A stretch of 64,000 nucleotides of DNA from a virus (taxonomy: Duplodnaviria; Caudoviricetes): the IMG/VR virus record IMGVR_UViG_3300049794_000047, one strand, 5' to 3'. The notes under the pieces were generated by a model. That model was not told the DNA's origin. It searched no databases and saw nothing but the letters and a program-made list of their open reading frames with translations. Every line of letters starts with the position of its first letter. Within the stretch, counting starts at the first letter, position 1. The translations under genes and the position numbers were made by a program. Positions 52,694 through 62,491 of the stretch are shown one piece after another.

Positions 52694-53808
52694 ATGCGCA
52701 AAACGACACACGACAAGATCCCGATCCATCCAGCCGAGGATGTTCCTACGACAGTTCTCAAGATGCTCGCCAACATGGCCATCAAGCGTGCGACAGAGCT
52801 GGGTGAGGGCAGGAAGCACATGGCCGAGTTTCATCCGGACGGCTGGAAAATTGCAATCGAGACGCCCCGCGGGGCCATCGGCCTCTGGTCCTGCTGGCTC
52901 GGGAACCAATTTCACCTGGGATATCCCGGCCCGATGATGACGTCTGTGTCCTCAGCTCCGGTCAGCGCCCTCATCAAGGAGCATCTTGGGGTCGAGCTTG
53001 CAAAGCCTGTACTTCAGGTCAATGCAACGGCCGTCCAGACCGACTACGCGGGAGAGTACAAAGACACAGACAAACCGCTTGAGGTCAACGCCTTGGGGCA
53101 GGTCATTGCCTACCAGACGCAGGGCCCAAGGTTGTGGGCGCCCTACTGCGGCCCACGTGTTTCCAGTGGTGCGCAGGAGCCGGGAAGGGTCTGGATCGAG
53201 CACGCGTGCTCCTCCTCAACCGCCACAGATTTCCGTTTCATCACGCCAGACGCCCCGGAGGCGCTCTCTACCATCTGGTACGGGCATGATAGCGGCTGGA
53301 CCATCTACACGTACCCCCACACGTTTGCCAACCGCTACGCACCGGATGGTCCCACAGCAACCCCTGCGTGCGTTCAGGTGTACCGAGACAGGTTCCTGGC
53401 ACTCGCGTGCTCCCTCGCCCAGGCCCTTGGGGGAGCACGGGCGGTCAATATGGACTACGGCTTTGTCATGACCCCGGCGCAACTCAAAACCCTTGGGTAT
53501 GAGAACATCCATTGGATCAAGGGGTCTCCAGACAGTTAGGGGCTGGAACGAAATAACCTGGTCATTTCGGGTGAATCCTCGTCGGAAAATCGGTCAAATG
53601 GCCAAGTTAATAAAGTCCAGCCCCTTACCGGGGCTGGGGAAACGAGGTCGTTCTTGCGAGCCGGAGCCTCGCTGAAAGTCGGACTGAGCATCTCCTGCTG
53701 CGAAGCGTCAACCAAATGGTGCCTTGGTCCACGATCCGTCGAATCCCCATAGAAGCGGCGCACGGAGCACTCACGGCTCGAACACTCCTTGACTTCCTGA
53801 CCTTTTAA
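52694..53808 (+). pseudogene. Hypothetical gene truncated by MITE copy 10
   Basis: The empty site extends the frame 60 codons, to TAA 53806-53808. Confidence 0.7.
53539..53624 (+). mobile_element. MITE copy 10 (divergent type D)
   Basis: TIRs plus TTA duplication. Confidence 0.92.
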
Positions 53809-54809
53809 ACCTGCGCTTTTGCCTGACGAATCCAAACAATGAGAGTGTCCTCTCCATGACCCCCATCAAGGCCCACGAGACTCTTCAGCGCTTCGCGAAG
53901 GAAAACAACACCGACGTCGCACACGCTGCTGGCATCGTGCTCGACACAGTGAAGCACCTGGCTCAACTTCTCCTCGACCTCGTTGACTTTGACATCGGCG
54001 AAGTGCCGGAACTCGACGCCCTCGACGCGGCGGAAGGAGCGCAGCAGATCGAGCGCCACGATCTGGCGTGGCAGCGAGCGATCGCCGAGGTCGGAGCACC
54101 CCCTCGACATTTCGCTGGAGACACGATAGCCCCCAGCAACGACAGCAATGAGCACAACCCCCAAGGCGTAGCCCCCATGGCAACCGAGCTTTGGAACCAC
54201 CCTGAGAGATTGGCGCGTCTGAAGGCGAGGGCGGTACGCCTGGAGGCTCCCCAAGACATCGACACCACGCTTGGTCATGTTGCCGAAGAGCTCCGCGATC
54301 TGATCGAGGAACGCCTGCCGTGACAGCTTTGGCCCCAGCCGGGGAGCGTCAGCCCGCCGGCACTGCCTCATCTCCCCATACAGCAACGGATGGGTGGCGT
54401 ACGGCTGGGGCCGCCTTTCTTTTTCAGGAAACGGTGTGCACGCCACCACCCAAGGTCAGCCACAACCCTGCCCCGCGACGCTTCGCCGAAGACACCGCCG
54501 CACCCCGCACCGCTTTGCCGGAGACCCCATGAAGACATTCCCCGAAATTCTCCACGACGTGGTGCTTCTCCTCAACGAAGGCCGCGAAAACGTCGTGATC
54601 GCGCGCGGCGATCATGAACCTCTCGACGGCCGCAGCTCAGCGTACCAGCTACGCTTCTGGCCCTGCAATGAAGGGCTGTCAGAGTACAGGTGCGAGGATC
54701 GCGGATGGCTCGGCGGACAGTGGTCGCGTTGGAGCGAACACCGCGGCTGGAGCGGCGGCGCAGGCTTCGACATGCTCGACGTGCTCGCGACCGACTGGAA
54801 GATCGCCTC

Positions 54810-55132
54810 GTGAAAGGCACCCTGATCCGACTCGGCGCGCAACTCGCTGAAGAGAACAACGCCGCGGCGGACCTGTGGTCGTGGCTGCCCTCTCACCAAG
54901 TCGCTGAGAAGCACCACGGTGTCTACACTTCAGAACACGTCCCATGCAACCGAGACGTGCTGCAGGAGGCCGTGATGTACCTGATCTATCTGAAACACCC
55001 AGAAGCGTTCCGCGAACTGCTAAGGGGCTGGAACGAAATAACCTGGTCATTTCGGGTGGATCTTCGTCCGAAAATCGGGCAAATGACCAAGTTAATAAAG
55101 TCCAGCCCCTAAGTCCAGAGAAACAGAAGTGA
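54810..55132 (+). pseudogene. Hypothetical gene with its C-terminus replaced by MITE copy 11
   Basis: The empty site gives ..FRELLSPEKQK* and restores the GTGA overlap at 55129. Confidence 0.7.
55024..55109 (+). mobile_element. MITE copy 11 (type B)
   Basis: TIRs plus TAA duplication. Confidence 0.92.
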
Positions 55133-56282
55133 TTCACGAATTGTCCGTGCGGTGCGGACCATACAGGAGACGCCTCGTGACGCAGACACTGCGCGACTTC
55201 GCGGCGGCAGAATTCGACACGTGCTCTAACGAATACGGCCAGCCCGTCGACGGTCGAGATCAGGCAGTCCGGGGCGCTGGCGAATTAAGAGACTACCCCA
55301 TGGTAAGCCGATCAGCGGCGTCATCTCGAACAAGCGTCAGTTGCGCACGGCGCTGCTGGAATGGCGCGCCGAGGAAGAGTATGTCCTCGGCCGCAACCGC
55401 GCGACGGCTATACGGTCTATGCCCATGACAACAGCGTTCGTACCGCCATCGGCATGGTCAACGCGATCGTCTGGAGCTATCGCAAACGAAGGACATCGCC
55501 ATGACCATTGGGTGTCAACCGGATAAGCATGGAATGCACTGGAAGGGAACGACCGAAATGTGTGAGCCGCCACTGTCCCCTGACATTCTACGTCAAATCA
55601 CCGAACTCCGCACTTCACGGCCTTACGACGGCAGGCAAGTGACGCTGCGAGAATCACGCGGTGGCTGGAAGTTCACGGGCATCAGCGGAATTTGTGCGCA
55701 TCTCGCCGCAGACCATCGCCGCATGGTCCTCGTGGTTGAGAACGACCCCGACGGCTACTGGCCCGTCGGCATGCTGATCTTAGCCGAGCTCGACAATGAG
55801 ACCGTTCCCATGTTCAGTATCGAAGGGGCCTGATCATGCACTGCATCGACGACAAGCCGAACGGGATCTGCCTCAACCATGACGGTGACTGGAAGGGCGA
55901 CGTGCGCATCGCCTGGTACATCGCAGGAGAGTCTGGACCCCTACCTCCATCGTTGCACGAATGCTGGTGCAGCGCCCCCGATCTCATCGCCGGGCGTTTC
56001 TCACCCACGAACGGTCCACCCTGCGCGCAGACGTCCTCCGAACCGCCGGTCCACGTGCTCACACGTGCCGTCGCACTCGCCGTCGAGGACTACCTGCGCT
56101 TCAAGATGTTACGTGCCGTCGACAACCTCTCCATCAGACGGGACAAGCTGTGACGGCCTGTCGATGCGTCTGGGCGTACACGGGGGATCACCTCTACCAC
56201 CGCTGCGGCAAGGCGCTTGGCCAACGGAAAACTCCGTGACCGCTGGACTTCCGCCTACAAATCAGCAGAAATAACCGCCCTG

Positions 56283-56690
56283 ATGCCAGTTTCGAGACTC
56301 GCCCGCATCTATGCCGCGCTGATGATTGTCGAAAACGATCGCAACCTGTTCAACAGCATATCCACAATGCGTCACGGAAAGCTGGGTGCCGTAGAAGGAA
56401 TTGCCCACGAATTGGCGCACCATCTCGAAGCAGGCCGAAACTTCGATCATCGTCTTGACTCAAAGAACATCGACGAGCCTACCGCCAACAAGCACGAAGC
56501 TTCAGCGCTCCTTATCGAGGTAACTGCGTTGCGTGAACTCGGAGTGCGCCTCTCCCTTCGAAATCTGTGGCGCTCTGCGGGCTGGCGAGGCGACCCGCCA
56601 CCTCTAACAAAACGGCCACTGACCGTCCGCGAACGCAAGTGCGTTGCAGCCTTCGTGAGGATCGTAGACCGCGTAATGCGGGCTCCATGA
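56283..56690 (+). CDS. HEXXH-motif protein (possible zinc metallopeptidase)
   Basis: IAHELAHH plus a downstream E. Confidence 0.45.
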   Translation: MPVSRLARIYAALMIVENDRNLFNSISTMRHGKLGAVEGIAHELAHHLEAGRNFDHRLDSKNIDEPTANKHEASALLIEVTALRELGVRLSLRNLWRSAGWRGDPPPLTKRPLTVRERKCVAAFVRIVDRVMRAP

Positions 56691-56766
56691 GCCCCCGTGG
56701 TGGATACAATCGCTTCCACACGCGTGCGAAGCCAGGTACGATCCGTCCATACGCACCGAAGCCGAA

Positions 56767-57167
56767 GCGTTGCCCGTACCGCCCGGCGTTGGCCGTATTG
56801 CCCGTATCGCCCGGCGTTGCCGTACCGCCCGGCGTTGCCGTGCCGCCCAGCGTTGCCCGTATCGCCCGGCGTTGGCCGTATTGCCCGTATCGCCCGGCGT
56901 TGCCGTACCGCCCGGCGTTGCCGTGCCGCCCAGCGTTGCCCGTATCGCCCGGCGTTGGCCGTATTGCCCGTATCGCCCGTATCGCCCGGCGTTCCCCGTA
57001 TCGCCCAGCGTTGGCCGTATTGCCCGTATCGCCCGCATCGCCCGGCGTTGGCCGTATTGCCCGTATCGCCCGTATCGCCCGGCGTTGGCCGTATTGGCCG
57101 TATTGCCCGTATCGCCCGTATCGCCCGGCATTCCCCGTCTCGCCCGGCGTTGCCGTACCGCCCGGCG
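56767..57167. repeat. Hierarchical satellite of 8-10-nt units (GCCCGTATC, GCCCGGCGTT, GGCCGTATT) with an 83-bp higher-order period
   Basis: The GTTGGCCG block recurs at 56788, 56871 and 56954. Confidence 0.9.
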
Positions 57168-57227
57168 GGGGCTCCCCCAATCAAGTGGATGAGTTGCAAA
57201 CCGAACTTCAAGGCCGAGGAACAAAAC

Positions 57228-58535
57228 ATGATCCCACCACAGCCCCTCATCCTGGTCTCGACCTCGACGCCCGCAACCTACCGCTTCGAGACCACCGGCG
57301 ACGGGTTTCGATCGTGGGCACTATGCACGGTCAACGACACCACCGGCGAACTGTGTATCACGAGTGACTGGGGCAACTGGTCGTATCGCTGGAGCGCTGA
57401 CCCCGGGCACCTCGGTTTCCCCACGCTAGCCGCGTTCATTGGCACGCGCGGCGGTGTCGACTACCTCGCACGCAAGCTGCAGCGCGGGGGTCGCGACGGC
57501 CACCGCTGGTCAGCCGAGAAGACCGTCGTCACACTGCGCCGCCGGCTCTGTACACGCCGGCTCGAGGAGGGCCGTACCCAACTCGAGAACCGCCTCGAGC
57601 CCGATGACATGCCGGATGGCAAGCCCCTGCAACACTTGATCGAGCCGGTGGGCAATTACACGGCGGACGGCTTACCAATCTACAGCGGCCGTATGCCCGC
57701 CGAGTACCGCAACGGTCGGCCCTGGAAGCTCAACGGTGAGCCGTACGAGCCCCTGCCATTCCTGACGCGCGACGCGGCCCGGCGGCTCTGGGACGAGATC
57801 GGCGAGCTAACCGCCTTCGCGGGCAGCTCAGACCTGTTCTACGTGAACGCCTGGGAGATCGAAGGCTTCTCGGAATACGTCACCGACAACATCTCGGAGT
57901 ACGTCGAGACCGAGCAGACGCCGGAGGATAAGGCGTTGCGCGACCTCGTGCTGCCAGCACTGATCGAGGCGTGCCGGGCGCGGATCACTGCCGGATCGAC
58001 TCCGGCGACCGCCGCTTCGACGGCTCGAGACGATCGGCAGGCCCAGATCTTCGCCTGGCCCCAGGCCGCGTTTACCGTGGAGCAAGCGACCAGCCTGCCG
58101 CAGCGCGGGCTCCGGCTACTCGAGGAATCGATCGAAGCATTCCAGGCAGTGGGTGGCGATCCGGCTCAGGCTCACAAGCTTGTCGACTACGTGTTCTCGA
58201 GGCCGGTTGGCGTCCTGCATCAGGGGCTCGGTGGCGTCAACAGCGGTTTGCTCGCGCTGTCCGCCGCGGCCGGGCTGTCGGCCGAGGCTGAGGAGCAGCG
58301 CGAGGTGACGCGCGTCCTAGCGAAGCCGATCGAAGAGTTCACGCGGCGGAACGAGGCAAAGAACGCAGCAGGGTTCCTGGCGCAGGAGCCGCGCCCTACG
58401 TGCGCGAACATGTCGCCACCGTGGTTCGCCGGCCGGTGGTTGGACTGGCACCGTGGCCACGGCTGCGACAAGGACGACGGCAAGCCGCGCACGCCGGAGG
58501 GTGAGGCCGAGATCGCGGCTGGAGGTTCCCGGTGA
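57228..58535 (+). CDS. Phage protein fused to a MazG-like NTP pyrophosphohydrolase domain
   Basis: C-terminal QRGLRLLEESIEAFQA..LVDYVFSRPVG..Q.LGGV; GAGGA SD. Confidence 0.6.
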   Translation: MIPPQPLILVSTSTPATYRFETTGDGFRSWALCTVNDTTGELCITSDWGNWSYRWSADPGHLGFPTLAAFIGTRGGVDYLARKLQRGGRDGHRWSAEKTVVTLRRRLCTRRLEEGRTQLENRLEPDDMPDGKPLQHLIEPVGNYTADGLPIYSGRMPAEYRNGRPWKLNGEPYEPLPFLTRDAARRLWDEIGELTAFAGSSDLFYVNAWEIEGFSEYVTDNISEYVETEQTPEDKALRDLVLPALIEACRARITAGSTPATAASTARDDRQAQIFAWPQAAFTVEQATSLPQRGLRLLEESIEAFQAVGGDPAQAHKLVDYVFSRPVGVLHQGLGGVNSGLLALSAAAGLSAEAEEQREVTRVLAKPIEEFTRRNEAKNAAGFLAQEPRPTCANMSPPWFAGRWLDWHRGHGCDKDDGKPRTPEGEAEIAAGGSR

Positions 58536-58618
58536 AGGCTGACGAGCGCCGAGCTGCTGGCTGGGAGCAGCCTCGAGCTCGGTGAGAGGTCGTGGAGCCA
58601 GAGCTCGGGAGCAGCCCT

Positions 58619-58739
58619 GGGTGTACAAATACCCGTGTATCAAGTACCTCGGGCCGTGTCCCACAACGACCGGCTGCAACGTTACCCAGAGCTCGCATCC
58701 ATGTACTTACAAACGCCCAGCTACAGGCACGCAAACTGC
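58619..58739 (+). promoter_or_regulatory. Sigma54 promoter module
   Basis: Sites at 58619 and 58672 (GGCT), CTTAC, 38-nt gap, GGCACGCAAACTGC, ATG at 58758. Confidence 0.8.
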
Positions 58740-60042
58740 TCTACGGAGAGGTTGTCCATGCCTAAGACACACCGCAGCCTAAAGACCGTACGAGTCCTTG
58801 TGCGATCGACAACCTCGCGCAAACCGTTTCGCCCCGGGACCTACAGCGCACTACTGGGCACGTCGCGCGGACACGACACCTGGGCGCGAGCGGCGGGAGC
58901 CGCGTTGAAGCTCGCCGACCGGCGCGGCTACCTCGTGACGAACCGAGAGCTCGTCGAACGCAGGATCGCCTCGGAGGCTTCATGATTCGGAGCTGGCACA
59001 CACCCCGCGAGGCAATCCAGTACCGCGGGTACTGCACGGGTCCCGTGGACGGTGGCCCGGCGCCGGGTGAAGTCGGCCCTGACTACAAGGCCGCTTGTTG
59101 CACGTGCCATCGGCGGGTCCGGGTCACCACCCGTGGACGCTACGCGCACCACAAGGCGTCCGTCGAGTCACAACGCTCTGCGGCCACGGCTCTCCTACCA
59201 AAGCTCACCAAGATCCAGATCGACGGCCTTCGCAGATACGCCAAGAGCGGATCATGGCACCGCGTGCACCATGTCCACGGTCACACGATTCACAGTCTAG
59301 AGGCCCGCAGCCTGATCGCCCGCCGCGGTCGCCACGTTACGCCGCTCGGTCACGCGGTGCTCAGGGCTGACTTCGCACGGGTCCCTGACATCTTTGATGA
59401 TTTGTTTCCCAGTAACCGAAAGACGGTCAAGTAATGCAGCTCGTCTGGTACCAGCGCGCGGACGGCTTGTGGAACGCGGCATGTGCGTGCAACGCAACGG
59501 TCGTCGGTATACCGTTGGAGGGCCGCGCCACAGCTGAAACGGCTCACTTCGATCTCACGCGCATGGAGCGCGTCTTTCGTGCCGGACACCCAAGGCGCTT
59601 CGCGGGGGACCAACTTCCCGCCTGCGGCCCGAAGCTCCCCGAGCACAACCCAAACGTCTCCGGCCCATTCGTGTCCCCCTGATGAAGGTAGCAATATGCC
59701 CCGAGGTAGTCGCAATGTGGATCATTTTCTCATGAAAGCGCCTCACCCGCGTACGCCCCCGCCGCTGATCAAAGACGCCGCGACCGCCGGGCTTGTCACG
59801 TGCGGTTACTGCAACCGGGGCGACGGGGCACTCGGAACGGCAGTTGCTGTTGCCGTATCCGCCGTGCGCGTGGGACGCAGCGATGCTTGCGAAGCAGACC
59901 CAGGCCAACGGCACTTCCTATAGAATGCGCTGTGGAGGCGCACGAGCCTGCCGGTAAGCTTCATAGGCGCGGCAGGCCGACCACGGTTCGGTAACGGACA
60001 ACAGTCTCTTTGGCAGCAGCAGCGGTGAGCGTAGCCGGCCAA

Positions 60043-60146
60043 GCGGATGTAGCTCACTGCTCCTACGGGTGGTTCTATGGTAAAGCAGCGGTCAGCCAAG
60101 GTCGATGCACCGCTGAAGCCTGGTTCAACTCCAGGGATTGCCCCCG
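60043..60146 (+). ncRNA. tRNA-like element with expanded D and anticodon loops
   Basis: TAGCTCA..GGTAAAGCA, stem GCGGT/ACCGC, perfect T-arm CCTGG-TTCAACT-CCAGG; poor acceptor stem, no clear anticodon. Confidence 0.5.
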
Positions 60147-60536
60147 AATGGATCTCCTCCGACAACCACCAAGGATGCGCGCGTGACTGACAATCCTCGC
60201 TGGATCTCATGGGCTCAGCACGGCGACGCCGCGCACGATCCCGACTGCCGTCCCGTCGCTTGGCCGCCCCCACCGGAGGTGCTGGCCTTCTGGGCGACGA
60301 GCTTCGGCGGTGACGAGGGCACGGACGCCTACTGCACAATCGTCGTGCTCGTTCGCGCCCCAAACGAAAACGCCGCGGCAGCCCTCATCAAGAAAGCGTG
60401 GACACCGGGCATCGGCGAGTGGCGCTTCAACCGCGAGTACGACGGCAGTCGAGCCCCTGGTGACCGCTTCCCGCCGCCGGAGTGGTCGCTCAAAATGGGC
60501 CGTTGGCCCTGGAAGGTGTCGAAGACATGACCGACC

Positions 60537-60668
60537 GGGTATTCCATTACCCGTGTCTCGAGCACCACGAGAGCCGCACGTGCGTCCACAAGCAGAGACT
60601 GGGTAAGTATCTACCCACGCTGAGTCTGCAACCACTTACGTGCCACAGCAAACAGGCACGCGAGCTGC
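60537..60668 (+). promoter_or_regulatory. Sigma54 promoter module
   Basis: Sites at 60537 and 60601, CTTAC, 38-nt gap, GGCACGCGAGCTGC, ATG at 60682. Confidence 0.8.
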
Positions 60669-60681
60669 TCTATCTGTAGCC

Positions 60682-61371
60682 ATGCGCAAACGCAACAAGC
60701 CGTCCCGCGGGACCGTCGATCGCGCAGCCACCACCGACGTCGTCACGCAACTCGAGGTTGCCATCCACAACCCACAGGCGGCGGCGATCGGCGCCGTGCT
60801 CGGCGGGCTGGTCCCCTGGTTCGGCCGCACGCTCGCGCACGGTGAGATCCAGAGCGCCTGGTCTGCGGGCAACCGTCCGCTCGCACTGGCGATCGTGGCG
60901 GTGGTGCTGGGATGCGGCTATTTCAGCGGACGCAGCGTCTACAAGTTCGGTCAAGCCGCGTTCGGCGACGCGCGCAAGGCCCTCGGCTTCGTGCTCGCCC
61001 TGGAGGGTGTCATGCTGGTCTCGCACGGGGTCACGAGCGCGGTGGCCCTCATCGGCCTGATCTTGATCAACGCCGTCGCGAACGGCTCGGTGATCGCCCT
61101 CGCCCGCGACACGACACGTCGACGCTGCGAGGCAGATGCACGTCGCGCGGCGACCCGCGCTCGGACCCACGCTGGACGTAATGCTCCCCAGGACGCTGCC
61201 GCGCCGCGGCCGGTCCCTGTCGCTCCACCCCCCGAAGCTCCCCGTCCCGTTCGCGCTCCCCGCGCACACCAGACCCCGGGCAGCGCGCTCGTTGCGCCCG
61301 TGTGGCGCCGCGCGACGCTCGATGACGTCATCGACGCCGAGATCGTCTCGGAGGAAAGGCTCCCGTCATGA
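60682..61371 (+). CDS. Multi-pass membrane protein
   Basis: 3-4 hydrophobic segments and a Pro-rich tail. Confidence 0.65.
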   Translation: MRKRNKPSRGTVDRAATTDVVTQLEVAIHNPQAAAIGAVLGGLVPWFGRTLAHGEIQSAWSAGNRPLALAIVAVVLGCGYFSGRSVYKFGQAAFGDARKALGFVLALEGVMLVSHGVTSAVALIGLILINAVANGSVIALARDTTRRRCEADARRAATRARTHAGRNAPQDAAAPRPVPVAPPPEAPRPVRAPRAHQTPGSALVAPVWRRATLDDVIDAEIVSEERLPS

Positions 61372-61763
61372 GCGAAAACAGCCTGCCGATCCAGCGCGGC
61401 TTCCGCTACGAAGTCAGCCGGTACGTGTCGATCCCGCTCGCGTGGGCCACCTTGCTCAAGGAGGCCGCCAAGCACCACTACGATCACCGCTGCAACGAAG
61501 CAGGGCATCACGGCGTGATCAACGGCCTCTACAACACGGCGTGCGACAGCGAGTTTCCGAGCATCTACCCCGTGACCTGGTCCGATCTCGATCTCACCAC
61601 GAAGGTCGCCGAGCAGCTCGAATACCACATCGCCGATCACGCATGTATCCGCGAGATCCGCGCGTGGCTTCGCGAAACCATGAACGCGATCGCGCAGCAG
61701 CGCAACGTGTGCATGGAGCTGCCAGAAGCCCACCGGCCCTCCAATGACAAGGAGTCGCCGTGA
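61368..61763 (+). CDS. Hypothetical protein
   Basis: ATGA-coupled. Confidence 0.6.
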   Translation: MSENSLPIQRGFRYEVSRYVSIPLAWATLLKEAAKHHYDHRCNEAGHHGVINGLYNTACDSEFPSIYPVTWSDLDLTTKVAEQLEYHIADHACIREIRAWLRETMNAIAQQRNVCMELPEAHRPSNDKESP

Positions 61764-61855
61764 TGCAGGTGCTCTACACACGAAAGTTCAATGTGCGGCG
61801 ACGCGGTCTGGGAACTCCTGGGTCCTCCCCAACACGAAAAGTGGACGCCCACTAA

Positions 61856-61941
61856 GGGGCTGGACTTTATTAACTTGGTCATTTGAACGATTCCCCGACG
61901 AAGATCCACCAGAAATGACCAGGTTATTTCGTTCCAGCCCC
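61856..61941 (-). mobile_element. MITE copy 12 (type A)
   Basis: TIRs plus TAA duplication. Confidence 0.92.
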
Positions 61942-62002
61942 TAAAACAGCACCTCCAGTGAGACTGGTGGCTCCAACGTAAACAGCCGCTCAAGAGTCCC
62001 GC

Positions 62003-62491
62003 ATGAGCAAGCAGATCGCCCAAATGACGACAATCGCGCGTGATGTCCGCGCGCAATTGTTGAGTGACGCCACGACGCCCCGCGATCTCCACGGCCGGTG
62101 GGGCCTCGCCGCCCTGGCTCTGGCCGCAGCCCTCGGCAAAGCACAGGTCCTCCGCACAGGTTTCTACATGAAACGCGAGAGGCTCCTCGGCAAATGTGCA
62201 AGCTTCCCGTACCGCCACGCCTGGTGCCGTGTCGGCATGTCGATCATCGACGTTACCGCGACGCAGTTCGATCAGCGAAACAAGGCCGTGCTCGTAGCGC
62301 GCTTTAACGAGGACGCACGCTACATCGAAACGGCGCGCGGCCTCGATGCAATCGACGACATCATGATCAACTGGAGGGCATGCGGGCTGCCCGCGTACGA
62401 GCAACTCGCCAAGATCCTACGCCAACTTGATCCGCAGCCACACGACGCGCCAAGTACCGTACGACCTGTCACGCGACGAGCAGGCGCGTGA
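62003..62491 (+). CDS. Hypothetical protein (HAW....IIDVTATQF, transglutaminase-like strand motif)
   Basis: ORF track; motif recognition only. Confidence 0.5.
   Translation: MSKQIAQMTTIARDVRAQLLSDATTPRDLHGRWGLAALALAAALGKAQVLRTGFYMKRERLLGKCASFPYRHAWCRVGMSIIDVTATQFDQRNKAVLVARFNEDARYIETARGLDAIDDIMINWRACGLPAYEQLAKILRQLDPQPHDAPSTVRPVTRRAGA

Noticed and set aside
53630-53637. Extra MITE end GGGGCTGG right after copy 10
   Set aside because: Only an 8-nt match, lying within the restored reading frame (YRGWG); likely chance.
56447-57367. Long ORFs in all frames across the satellite, including the 612-aa ORF from 56697
   Set aside because: They are open only because the repeat lacks stops; the SD-supported start is at 57228.
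60043-60146. Canonical tRNA gene
   Set aside because: The acceptor stem pairs poorly, there is no 7-nt anticodon loop and no CCA; kept only as tRNA-like.
1643-61941. 86-bp repeat as CRISPR mini-arrays or integron attC sites
   Set aside because: The arms are inverted, the cores are near-identical rather than unique spacers, copies occur in both orientations inside genes with 3-bp target duplications, and no cas or intI gene is present.
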